From the human T2T-CHM13v2.0 reference genome, Homo sapiens, in NCBI RefSeq assembly GCF_009914755.1, contig NC_060947.1: DNA of 64,000 nt; one strand, 5' to 3'. Position numbers and translations under genes: made by a program. The notes beneath the pieces were generated by a model, which ran no database searches, was not told the DNA's origin, and saw only the letters and a list, made by a program, of their open reading frames with translations. The stretch's first letter is position 1; each line of letters opens with the position of its first letter. Positions 14,233 through 27,923 of the stretch are shown here, piece by piece.

Positions 14233-14720
14233 TGTAGCAGGACAAGCCGCAGACAAAACTCCTCAGATATCGAGTTAAAGAAGGAAGAGGTTTATTTGGC
14301 CGGGAGCATCGGCAAGACTCCTCTATCAAGAGCTGAGATCTTCGAGTGAGCAATTCCCGTCCCTTTTAAGGGCTAACAACTCTAAGGGGGTCCACGTGAG
14401 AGGGTCGTGATCCATTGAGCAAGCAGCGAGTACATGACAGGGGCTGCATGCACCGGTGGTCAGAGTGAAACAGAACAGACCGGGAAGTTTCACAATGTCT
14501 TTCTACAATCTATAGATAAAATCAGTTGCTAGGTCAGGGGTCAAATTTTAACTACCAGGCTCAGGTCAGGCAGGCCCAGGCCTGGTTTCGGGCCTGGTTC
14601 CTTGGTTTCGGGTCTGGTTCCCAGGCGCCAGACTACCTGCCTTTTAGTTTTGCTTCTCTTTCCTTTTCTGAGTATAAAACAATATAAAACAACATGAGAG
14701 GGTCTGTCTCTCTTCTCTCA
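14233..14720 (-). mobile_element. Solo ERV1 LTR, LTR15-like
   Basis: TG...CA termini, ~490 bp, perfect TSD atac, CpGs partly retained; reverse complement starts TGAGAGAAGAGAGACAGACCCTCTCAT. Subfamily name is tentative. Confidence 0.75.
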
Positions 14721-15295
14721 ATACCATAAAGAACAATCAAGCAATAGTTATAGCTGTACCCAATGAACACTAAAAATCTTAAGAGTTCACAGCCTGAAGG
14801 ACCCAAATAAAACAACCTAAGATCATAGTTTTTTGTTTGATTTTTTTCTGAATTGGGCAAGAAACATATAAAGATATATTCAGTGATCAAATCCCTAAGA
14901 TTCTATAAAGCTCTATTTATGACAATTGCCTGCTCCACAAAACCCCTAAACTTTTTTCTGTTAAAGAACATTTACAGAGTGGGCATTCAAACCCAGAAAA
15001 TCTGAATCCAGAACCTCTACTCTGAACTACAAGCCCATATCATCCCAGAATAATGGGATATGCTATTTATTTGCCTTGGGATTAATAGAGGGTAAATAAC
15101 CCTTTCAGAATCATTACTGGTGATATAAAAAATTTAGCTATGCTCCTCAATTTAAAATATTGCATTACATTTTAAATTACTGTATTTAAAAACAAAATGT
15201 TACCATCTGGATATTCCTTTAACTTCTACAAGTAGGGAAAACTCATATTTAAGTCATTTGTCCTCAGGCCACTTTTGTCTTAAAGGTCTAATCTA

Positions 15296-15613
<318 letters not shown>

Positions 15614-15935
15614 CTATCTGCCATAAATTTACCCTCCAAGTCCAGATAACCTATGGCTCAGTTTGTCTCACTCCCTCTGACCACTTCGGTAAACACTTGA
15701 GACCAGGAAAGGAAATATACTAGATGCTGTATTTAGCTTCAGAACTATAAATTTCTTGTGGTTATGTGAAGTGATAACATTTGTGGAAGCTGAGTGAAGG
15801 ATATAATGGAATTCTTTGTATTATTTTTGTAACTTTTGCTAAGTCTGAAATTATTTCAAAATGAAAAAATATTTAATTTAACATCATGTAGTCATTCTAA
15901 TAAAAACACTTTGACACAACTGTTTAGGGGGAAAT

Positions 15936-15966
<31 letters not shown>

Positions 15967-18900
15967 TTAAAAAGGCCAGAGCTACATTTTTAACATAAAA
16001 TTGAAAGTTATATGAAAGGTACATAAAACTATGTGTAACCAGACTTGTTTTTATTCACTATTCACATCAGAGAAGACTTGAGGGAATGGTTACTTCAGAA
16101 TTAATCTGTAATAGATCACTCTCTAGACATTTTCTACATTTGTTTCCCCTTCAGTTTCAGTGTCATCTAATCCCTTCACCATGTATATAAAGCTTTAGAT
16201 AAAGAAAGGAAACATTAGAGAAATACTAGATAGACACCCATGATGAAGTTGAGGCAAAAATGTCTCAAGAGGACCAGCAGAAGGAGTGGAAGATAAAGAA
16301 GAAAAAAGAAAGTCAGTGCACTTGGTCCCAAAGTTGAGGGAAAAAAAAAAAGATGTTGCTGCCCTCTATTCCTCCCTCCTTCCTAGCCCCCAATTAACTC
16401 ATCATTCCTAAAATGCTCTCATAAAATTCTAACCAAATTCAATGTGGCTAATAGTTTTCATTTCCTACCAACTGCTAGGAAAATGTGGTCCCTCAGTGAA
16501 AACATCAACAAATCTCTTAATCTTGTAAAAAAATTAATCTTGTAAAAAGAGAATGTAAAATGTTTCCAGTTTGAGACCTGTCCTCATAAAACACACCTTT
16601 TTTAACCTCTTTAGAGAAAGTAAACTCAGTTGGGGGTATAAATAAACAATGGTTTCAACCTTGAAAGAGGGACTATTGCATAAATTAAATAAACCTTAAA
16701 ATTAATTTCAAAATTAAATAAAAAGTATGCTCTTTTCTAAATAAATCAAATCAGTACTTTGTTAATCTGTTTAAATTATTACTTTCCTTAGTGAAGAGAA
16801 ACTAGACATTTCAAACCTGGTCATGGATCCTATTCCTAACTGTCATATCTCCACAAGCAGGAAGATGCTAATTAAACAAACTCAAGGAGCACTTTGGAAC
16901 CCACTCTTCACTTTTCAGTCTTTATCAGTTGAAGATGTCATATTTTGGAAATTTACATTTCCATCATACATTATGTTTAATACTAAGTTCATTTTTGCAA
17001 AATGGCCAGTAGATGACAAGCTTTGACATAATTTGCAGATCACTGAAAGGACTTTCCCCCTCATTCCTCTCAGTGTTGTCTTTTGGTATGATTGCGTCTC
17101 CATGATGAGGGAAGGGACTCATCTAAGCCAAGATGGGTGGCAGCATTTAATGTATCCATGGTCCCTGCCAAGAAAAGCCATGAACACAAAAATGTCATTC
17201 AGACCAGAGGCCTGAAAAGAGATGGAAAACCTCTAACAGTCTAAGGAATAGACCTAGGAAAATAAAAAGGCTCTTGTCTAGGCCTAAGTAAATACCAAAT
17301 ATACTTTATAAAAAGAGCAATGATCCAGAAATGAGATCTAGGTTCTGGCCTAGGCTCTGCTACTAGTTGGATAAGTTGTATTGAGGAAATTTTGCATTCA
17401 TTTTTAAAGGGTTGATATATCTTCTTAAGGTCATTTGTGGAGCTTAGGACAACAATCGTGAAGTTAGATAAATTTCAAGGTATATATCCAACATTAGCAT
17501 TCTGTGACAGTATGAGACTATACAAACCTTTGAAGCATATTACTAAATAATACCAGACTCTTATTAGAGTAGGTTTGGACCTGAGGTTTGAAAGCCTAAA
17601 CCAAACAATTTTCACCAGTGTTGGGACTCAGAAAACAATACCTCAAAATGAAAGCCCCAGAAGCAGTCTCAGAAGCAAAAGCTTTTCTCTGACCTTTTCC
17701 TGCCCATCTGTCTCTCAGTCTTATTTGCCTCCAGGGCTAGCCATTGAAACTAATATCTCTCTTACCCAAGGCAAGTTACAGAAATCAGAACCCCTTTTTT
17801 CCAAAGCTAGTCATAAACCTAAAAATATTACTCTAATTTTTCCTTTTCCTCTTTATATAAAAACTAGCTATTAACAATTATCTGAACTACCTTAGGAAGG
17901 AATGCGTGCCCTGAGAGATCAAGAAAAATCGAGACAGACAAACCTTGATGGGTTCCCCCATTCAATCTTTTATCATTAGGTCATACTCTTTCCCTCCAAT
18001 CATATTTGGACATGGCTGTCCATACCTTGTTGAACTGAAAAATGGGCAATTTTACCTTTACCTTTGGGTCTTCATTCTGAAGGCTGCCACATATACATGT
18101 TACATAAATTTATATGCCTTTTCTCCTATTAATCTGCCTCATGTCAGTGATTTTTCAGTGAACTTTTAGGAGGGCAATGACTTTAGCTCCCACAGTTTTG
18201 GTGCTATGTGCAGGGTCACCAAAGCTGCTCTGCTCTTCCGAAAGCCACCGTAAAAAAAATCCAGAACTTGATCAGCTGGTAATAGGGTAAAAATCTCTTC
18301 CCAGTCAGGCTCTCAACCTCTTTCTCTGTGCAATCTGGTTGAACAGATGATATAAATCACTGTTCGTCTCCTGTGAGATTTTAATTAATGGGAAAAAATC
18401 ATTATGACTAGTCTTGGGGTTCCAGTGCCTAGTCTCTGGTGTACTTTTTGATACTTTCTGGTTATAAATATTCATATTGTTTAATCCATTTCCTCCCAGA
18501 AATAGTCTTTTCCTTTGTCTTTTTCTTTCTGTATTGTTCTGTCATAAAGAGGGGTACCAGATAAAGTTCCTTCTTCTCTAGTTTTATGTCCTTGAGAATT
18601 TGACTTGCGATCAAGTGGGGGAACTCTCTTGATCTTCACCATATGGGGCCATGATTTTTGGGTGACATCAGGTGACCAGTCTAAAAATGGCTGGGAACAC
18701 AAGATTTTTTTTGTTCCAAATGTGCCAAGCCCTCAGGAGGGTTTGTCATACAATGTCCCATCCATAAGGAGCTTTTGTCTTCTCAACCCTTATTGCCTAG
18801 TTAATACTAAAAAAGTCCAATCCCAGGAGGGCCTACCCAGTGTCACAGATTAAGGGACCTGTGACTGGCAGTCCCCCCACACAAATCTGTGGGTTATCAG

Positions 18901-19509
18901 AGGCAAACACCACCCTTAACTGTCTGTGACAAGAGTCATTTGCTATCTCAGCCTATTCCTGAGAGTACATTATTTTGAGAGAGAACTTTAAAATTATTCC
19001 TTCTATGCCTTAAAATGACATCCCAAACTTTACATAAGAGACTTTTAAATAGAGTTGCTATTAAAACAAACTACACCATTAAAAATTCTAGTTGTCAATG
19101 GCCAAAAGAGAAATCCTTTAAATTTGACTAAAATTCTTAATTAAAAAAAATTTAGAGATCTCTCATTCTAAACAATTAACTTGTATTTATGACAAGGTCA
19201 GTTTTTTAAAAAGATACATAATAGTATCATGACTAGCCTTAAAAATTCTCTTAACTAAATTAAAAATCAAAAACAAAAAGCTAACCTAAAACAAAGTTAA
19301 AAATCCTTTATGAAAAATCCCCCGAGGGAATAACAACAGAAGCCATGCTGCCTTGTGCTCTAATAGACAAAATTCCACACTTTTACTGCCATTGCCTGGG
19401 TTTCACTCCTGCTCAAAAAATCCGATTCATTTAATATTTGTGTGACTTTTAACGTTTTGGGGGTACCCATTTGTTATAAGTCATTTTCCCTTGTACAGAT
19501 AGCTTTTGA

Positions 19510-19847
<338 letters not shown>

Positions 19848-19978
19848 CTGTCTTCCTCTTTTTGAGACGACATCTGGATTTTTGGGCCTTTATGTATACA
19901 CGGTCAGCTATAAAACCGAGACCCTAAAAAATATGGCCAAACAAAAATGTGGATTATATATACTTCATTTGTTATTAA

Positions 19979-20299
<321 letters not shown>

Positions 20300-21712
20300 A
20301 ACTTTTCTTTCTTTAAGCCGTCTTTGGGATAGTTCTAGATCTTATGAGGACTGCTTTGTACCTTTTATAGACGCTTCATGCATCCTTGGTTAAGTCATAA
20401 GGTTAACCGAGTCTTAACTTTAAAAGGTACCTTTAGTCTAAACAACAAAAAAAGCAATCTTCATGTTTGTTGATGTATAGACTACTCAAAAAGTTCACTA
20501 AAACATCTGATATAAACTACAAACCAGAAAAATTATCAGATTGCCACTATCTGCTCTCACTTCATCTAAAGATGCTTCCAGCCCAACATCTAAAAATCTT
20601 CTCAACTGGCTGCCCTCTGGACTCAAAAACTGAGTTTACAGTTTATTCTAGCCATTAATCTTTATTTTTATTTTGTTTCCATGGAAATGCCTCTTATCTG
20701 ATTGTCAAATAATATAGAAGCCAGACTTTGGCGAAAGTCCATCTATAACATCAATGCCTAAAATGAGATACAAGCATAAATATTAACTATTCAACTGAAC
20801 CAGCCTATTATCAGGACTTAGAGACTTACTCAAATGGCTTAAAAGACAATCCACCAACCCAACTTCTGATTGAGAAACTTCTCGAGGAAGTTTCATACTG
20901 GGGGATGTTGAGCTTCAGAAAACAATACCCAAAAATAAAGGCCTCAGAATCAGTCTCAGAAGCAAAAATTTTTCTCTGACCTTTCCCTGCCCTCCTATCT
21001 CTCAATCACATTCTCTCCCAGGGCTAGCCATAGAAACTAAAATCTCTCTTTCCCAAGGCAAGTCACAGAAACCAGAACTCCTCCCTAAAGCTAGTTATAA
21101 AACCTAAAAAATATTTCTCTAAGTTCCCCTCTACCTTTACATATAAAAACTGGCTATAAAAAAATCATCTGATCTATTGGGTCCCGCCCCACACCCAGAA
21201 GGAAGGAATGGATGCTCAGAGAGGCCAAGAAAAATCTAGACAGACAGGCCTTGATGGGTTTCCCCAAGCAGTGTATTAGCATTATATCATACCCCTTTCC
21301 TCCAATCATATTTCTACATGGCTGTCCGTATTTTGTTGAACCTAAACATAAAAATAGACAATTTCCCCTGTATCTTTGGGTCTTCATTCTGAAGGCTCCT
21401 GTGTATACTCGTTAAATAAATTTATATGCCTTTTCTCCTATTAACCAATTGCCTCATGTAACTGATGTTTTAGCAAGCCTTAAGAGGGCCAAGAGTTCCT
21501 CTTGACTCCTACACCAGGAACATGAGAACATGAGAGAAAAGGAAGAACACAGTTTTTAAAAAGATGCAGGGAATCTGAAAACAGTATCAATAAACATGGG
21601 TGACCTCACAACTCTACCAAGAAACAGCACTACTTAACATGTTAGAAGTATTCTGCCTCTCCCTTAGAGCAAATAGGTCTTTCATTATTGTTTATCTTAA
21701 CTGTGTTGAGGA

Positions 21713-22045
<333 letters not shown>

Positions 22046-22399
22046 TGAGCACTTCTGAAATTTAAAAGCTATAAAAACAATGAGAAATGACCCATATTTA
22101 TTTTATTCTGTATCACCAGCCTAATTCTTCACCATTTTGGGTTATATAGTCAGTTAGCAACAGCCTATTGACTATGAATTTGGTATAGAGCATTGTACTA
22201 TGGAATAAGAATGTACAAAACAATTAAAAAAGATAGACCCTGCCCTCAGAGAGCTCATAATTGCATTGGAAACACAGACATGCAATCAGTAATATGATTT
22301 GCAAATACATGTATGATTTTCAAATATATATTAACATATTCACAAATATGCATGTATGCATATATGTGTATGTATTCACAAAATGCTCACTCGAATAAC

Positions 22400-23160
22400 T
22401 AAATGAAAAAGACAAGATTAAGTGTTAGTAAGGATTTACAGCAATTACAATTATCATAAAATGTTGATGGGAATGTAAATTTGTATAATCACTTTGAAAA
22501 ACTGTCAGTGTCTACTAAAACTGAATGAACATACATATACCCTATAGCCCAGGAATTCTTCTAGGTATGTACTCAACAGTAATGTACATATATGTTCTTC
22601 AAAAGATATTTACAAGAATATTAATAGCAGCATTATTCACAAGAGTCAAAAACTGGAAACAACGCAAATGGCCTTCTACAATAAAGTGAAAAAGTTATTG
22701 TGGTATATTCATTTAACGAAAAGGTATACAATTATGGAAGTGAAAAAACTACAAATACACATAATAACATGAATAATTTCTCAAACAAGGCTGAGTTTCA
22801 GTAGAGTTAAGATGGTATTAGGTGAATGTTGACAGAAAGAAATGATAAACAAGAGAGTAAAGACCATATGATTCCATTTATGTCAAGTATAAAACCAGGC
22901 AAAACTAATCTATGCTATTAGATGTCAGGTGAGTGATTACCTTCAAGGGAGTAGTGACTGGAAGGGAGCACAAGGGGAGTTTCTTGGATGCCGGGAATGG
23001 TCTGTTTCTTAATCTGGGTCCGGGTTACATGGATATGTCCACTTTGTGAAAATTAATTGAGCTGCACACTTATAATATGTTTCCTCTTCCATATGCATGT
23101 TATAAAATAAAATTTACATGTTATAAAATAAAATTTACTTCAATAAAATTTACATGAAAA
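22400..23160 (+). mobile_element. Old L1 3' end (L1MD/L1ME-like)
   Basis: gcagcattattcacaagagtcaaaaactggaaacaac; tatgattccatttatgtcaagtataaaaccaggcaaaactaatctatg. Confidence 0.75.
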
Positions 23161-24117
23161 TACACATCTTTATATACCCCCAAATACAAATACATTCAGG
23201 ATAAATGAACAGCCCACCATAAATACCAAGGAATCCTGTAAGTAGGAATAAAAGTCCTATGTGTAGAAATATGTAGGAATCAGAATCAAATGGGGCATAA
23301 CTAAGAAGATATCTCAGGGTGAGGTTGCAGTCAGGTTTTGAAGAAAGAGCTTACAAATTGGAGGGAGGAGTGGTGAGGAGTTTAGGACAGTTAAAAAGCT
23401 GTTTTCAAATGAGATAAATAACACGTATAGAAGCACTAGTCATGATATGGCTTGAGTTGTGACTTCTTTTTATAACTTGGAGAAGTATAAACTACCAAAA
23501 TAATATGGGCTTTTGACTTTCTGTTCTTCTTATTCTGGATTCCTATGTTACAGTGTAGTATTGTGTCAGACCATGACCCCCTCCCCAAGGGCTAGTACCA
23601 AGTCTTACTCATCTTTATATTACTACCATCTGAAACGAAAGCTATGAAACCTCAGATAAAAAATGCTTATAGCTTTTGTTAACTAATAATGAATAAGTAA
23701 CTGGCAAATTAATCAAATAGGTATATGGAAACTGTCTCGTACTGGTTTTTTGTCTTGTGTATTGTTTAAGTTAAAATAATAGAGTTGGGATGTCAGAAAT
23801 TTTCTGAAGCCGACCACAGTCCCCAGCTGTGGCTTAGTAACCAAGGAAAACCAAGGATTTCTCCTTCTGATCCAGCAGTCGGCACAATGCCAGGTGAGTC
23901 AGTGACCGGTAGAGCAGGTGGTGACACATTCTAATCATAGCCCAGCTCTAGGCAAACAGCAGCTGCTAAGAGTTCCTGCTGGCCTGAGTAAGTTTTCCAG
24001 GCCCAGCCAGCCAAGAGCAGCCCTAGTTAAAACCCGCCAGCAGTTTTCCCATCTGTCTCCCTCATGCTACTTGCGACACTTCACACATCTCACCCCAAAG
24101 TGCATTGGGACTCTTGC

Positions 24118-24313
24118 TCCCCGTCTCTACTAAAACTACAAAAATTAGCCGGGCATGGTGGTGCACATCTATAATCCCGGCTACTTCGGAGGCTGAGGCA
24201 CAAAAATCTCTCGAACTCAGGAGGCAGAGGTTGCAGAGAGCTGATATGGTGCCACTGCACTCCAGCCTGGGCAACACAGCAAGACCCCTTCTCAAGAAAA
24301 AAAAAAAAAAAAA
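24118..24313 (+). mobile_element. 5'-truncated Alu (end of left arm, right arm, poly(A))
   Basis: Starts ccccgtctctactaaaactacaaaaattagccggg; A tail; no TSD found. Confidence 0.88.
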
Positions 24314-25024
24314 CAATAGGCAGAAGTGGCTTAGCACACAGTACTATGGCCGTCTTCCCCAAAGCTTGGACTACAGCAACCAATGTGAGGCTTAGCTCTG
24401 CAAGGAGACCCAAATCACAGCCACTTCATGCTGATCATCAGTTCTTTGCTACCTCCACAGTAATTCTAGGGATCATGCCAGCCCTGGAGGTGGGGAGTCC
24501 TGGGGGGAGGGAAAAAGGGTGCAGGCTACAGTGGGTCAGGATTCTAAGGGAAAACACTGAGTGAGGAAGCTGTGAGGGCCTTCTTAATGACTGGCTTCTT
24601 GAGCTGAAACTGGAAATCAGAGCCCTCTGGTTATGGACATTGGATTTTTCATATCCCAGAGAACGGTTGTTATGTTTTTTTTCTCTCTGAGAAGCCAACA
24701 CAAACATTTCAGGGACTCAGAAGAGTACATTGTGTCCTCCCTAATTCTCAGTGACTCCTGCTAATTTTCCTTGAGATGTAATGAAAAGAACCCTGGGTAC
24801 ATTATCAGGCTGGGTTCAAACTCTATTTCAGCTGCGCTTCTCCATTCTAGCTGTGCCACTCCAGGCAAATTAGTTAGTTCCTCCGCTGATAAAATAGTGT
24901 CATCACAAAGCTCAATGATAAATACTAACTTGGTCTCCACCATATGTCAGGCACTGCTCTAGCTGCTCATTCTGGATTTACCGCAACCCTGTTGGGTAGA
25001 AGCTAATATTACTACCCTTTATAC

Positions 25025-25602
25025 TGAAGGAAACCAAAATATTTCACTCTAAAATATATTTCCTTGACATACTTCAATATGGCTAATCAGAACGGCTGGA
25101 AATACAAGAATAGCTAAAAAGCTTTCTTTTGTGGGGAAGATATGTATCTGTAGAGAAAATCTGCATGGATGCAGCCAGGCTGTCTCTGAAGCCCTCCCTT
25201 GTTCAAAAGATGAACTGAGAGTCTGACACCTTTCAGGGCCTGAAAGAAACATTCACTAGCTCTCTGAGGACTGCTACCAGTGAGGTTTCTTCTACATAAC
25301 AAAACTCCCTTTGTTAGCTAAGCCTCCTCTTCTCCCCCTCCCATAACCTGTCTTGCCACTGTAACCTGATTTCCACCATAACTTATTTTGGCCGTGCTCT
25401 GAGATCACAATCTTTCTGTAGCCTCAAGATGATATATAAGCCTCTGTACCCCATTAGAGGGTTGGAGTAATCATTCTGTGATTTTCCCTCAATGCACGTG
25501 AATACATTTCTCTGCCTTTTCTCTTATTAATCTGCCTTTTGTCAGCGGATTTTTCAGCAAGCCCTCACGGGGCCAAGGGGCAGTTTTCTCCTGGCTCCTA
25601 TG
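25025..25602 (+). mobile_element. Solo MER34-like ERV1 LTR inserted in a MIR
   Basis: Starts tgaaggaaaccaaaatatttcac; the flanks rejoin as the MIR core (ccctttatac|agatgaagaaatgaggcacagagagg). Confidence 0.8.
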
Positions 25603-26010
25603 ACACAGATGAAGAAATGAGGCACAGAGAGGGCATGCAACATTCCCAGGGCCACACAGCTATGAGCAGGTGTGAAGTCTGAACTCAGGCAAACTGGCTC
25701 CAGGCCTGACCTTTTAACCACCATCTCCCAGAAGGTCAAAGTGCCTGGGAAACATGGAGATGGAACTTAACACTTGATGTATTTTACTTTTTGAAAGGTA
25801 ATGTGGTGCAATGAAAAGAACTTGGGTTTTAGAGTCAGACTGACTAAATCCGATTTAATTGCTGTGTGATCTTGGGCAAATTACATCATTTCTCTGAGTC
25901 TCAGTATCCTAAAAATGAAGTTGCAATCATAATCCATACATTGGAGGGCCGCTGGGAGATGTGCACTTACAGCACCAAACCTGGCACTTGATGGGCACTC
26001 AAGTGAACAT
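25603..26010. mobile_element. MIR fragments (two, opposite orientation)
   Basis: agatgaagaaatgaggcacagagagg and gctgtgtgatcttgggcaaattacatcatttctctgagtctcagt core motifs. Confidence 0.75.
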
Positions 26011-26144
26011 TAACTTTAATCCTCTTCCTAGGCAGGCATATGTAGAGCACTGAAATACTCTTCTGTGAGTATCCTAACATGTTAAGCCTTTCTTCCTTCT
26101 AATAAAGAAAACAAACAGGACAAATAAAAGCCATCCGCTCATAG

Positions 26145-26564
26145 TGATAGACAGGAGACAGCCAAGAGTCCCTGGTGAAACCCCACCTTCAAGCCTAAAA
26201 CAGCCTGAAGGCTGAAAAACTGGACTGCTGGTCCCGGATGAAGCCTGCCCTTTCCCAGCTGATTCCTTCTGAATAATGCCCACCTGCTCACTGGGAAGAT
26301 TGGTGGAGTCTCAGGAAGTTCGTGCCATCTGCAGGGGGAAGGAGCCTGGCCTCTCCTGTTCCTGGGTGGTGACCTGGGATTCAATCTGTGAGGAAGGAAA
26401 CCTGCTAGCAGGACTCTCACTTTGCTGAGCATTATTTTTCCTTCTTCCTTTTTGCCCAATAAATTCCATTTTCCTCACCCTTCTATGTGTCTGCGAGCCT
26501 AATGTTTCCTGGTCATGTGACAAGAGCCCGGTGTGAGCTGAACTAAGGAGAAAGTTCTGCAACA
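26145..26564 (+). mobile_element. Solo MER61-like ERV1 LTR
   Basis: TG...CA termini, 420 bp, AATAAA at ~26458, perfect TSD atag. Confidence 0.78.
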
Positions 26565-26766
26565 ATAGTACCTCAGGGTCTCTCTGCAACTTTCCTGGGA
26601 CTTTTTTCTGATGGAAGGAAAATAAGAAATAGGAAAGATGTTTAAGGAAGCACCCATCCCTGTAATCAATGATACCAAATAAGACAGAATGGGCAGCCGG
26701 AGTGATAGTCATCTTCTTAATGTAATCAACTAGTATTCTGCCAAATTCCTCTTTATTTTTTTGTCA

Positions 26767-26869
26767 GGTCAGACGGGTAATGTGCCAACGTCTAACAAGA
26801 TGCGAGGGTGGTACATCTCACACATGCATGTGAACACCCAATCGTCATGCTCGGGAACTATAAAGGGAT
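26767..26869 (-). pseudogene. U13 snoRNA (SNORD13-like) processed pseudogene
   Basis: Reverse complement ATCCcTTTaTAGTTC...GATTGGGTGTTCA...GCACATTACCCGTCTGACC matches full-length U13; short A tail; perfect 12-bp TSD ccaaattcctct at 26741-26752 and 26872-26883. Confidence 0.93.
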
Positions 26870-27923
26870 CTCCAAATTCCTCTGTAGTTAACTAAACCTA
26901 CTACAAAGTTGATTTAACCTCTGAGAAACTGAAATGCTGCCTTATGATACAGCATTTTTAAAATTTTTCTCTCAAATCTCAAATGCTTTAAGACAAATCC
27001 ACTTCTTTCTTTCATCTTAGGGTAATAAAATCATTATTCAAACCCTGCAAAAGCATGAATCTCATTTCCTTGCCCCCATCTCTACTGAGATATTTTACCA
27101 ATTAATATTTACTGTACAGAGTGGGCCTGTTTTAACATTGCACTCCAGAAAGCCTTTTACTAAACTATTTTCTTGAGAGCACGGTATCTTGCCGTAAAGA
27201 CAATAACTCCCAAGATCTTTTTTCATAACCTCTATTAGAATGTAAATCACAATAGCAAATATGCACTGACACAAGTACCCTGTAGGTTAAGTTGCTTACA
27301 CCTGACTAGGAATTGCCACAAAACCCTGATCAAATTTGTCAGGTTTGACGTAGGATTCTAAGACTTATTTATAAAGCAATATTTTCAATATCTCCCCAGA
27401 ACTCCCAAAGCTATATCTGAGACAATGATAAAAATCCATGAAATTAATTTCATCCTCAAAATCAAAGCAGCTGCATTAATAATTAACTTAATACATTTCA
27501 AAGCCATCTCAATTGTGCCTACAAATCTAGCACAGATTGAGATCAAACCTGGAACACAATTCCATTTTCCAAACTATGAATTAATGCTGATGAAGGGTGA
27601 AACTGCTGACCCAAAAATACCTATTACGTTAACCATCATTCACATCAGCAGCAGCAGCATCCTGTCCTTTGCACAAGAAGTAGACACCTATTGACTCACT
27701 TTTTAGAAGGCTCTGTCCTTGAAATATTTTGTCAGTAAGAATGTTGAACTTGATCCAGACATCTTTACTCAATTTCAATTCTGATCAACATTTTCAAGGA
27801 CTCTAGCCAGGGTTAAATGAGCAGTCTATGGCCAAGGACTAACACAAAGTTAACTGTTTTACCAGGAAATCAAACACTTTACCTTGATCCAATAAGCATC
27901 TACAGAGTTATGGTGAATCACAC

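Noticed and set aside
15939-15966. ~28-nt poly(A) run with no attached element
   Set aside because: No flanking duplication found; treated as a simple mononucleotide expansion.
16823-17215. Short ORFs in unique sequence (also 2753-3311, 27425-27694, 33453-33789)
   Set aside because: 60-90 aa, no recognisable domain, no supported exon structure; expected by chance.
23096-23138. Short tandem duplications (also ~7013, 8462, 10119, 16518, 44728)
   Set aside because: Ordinary slippage duplications with no further structure.
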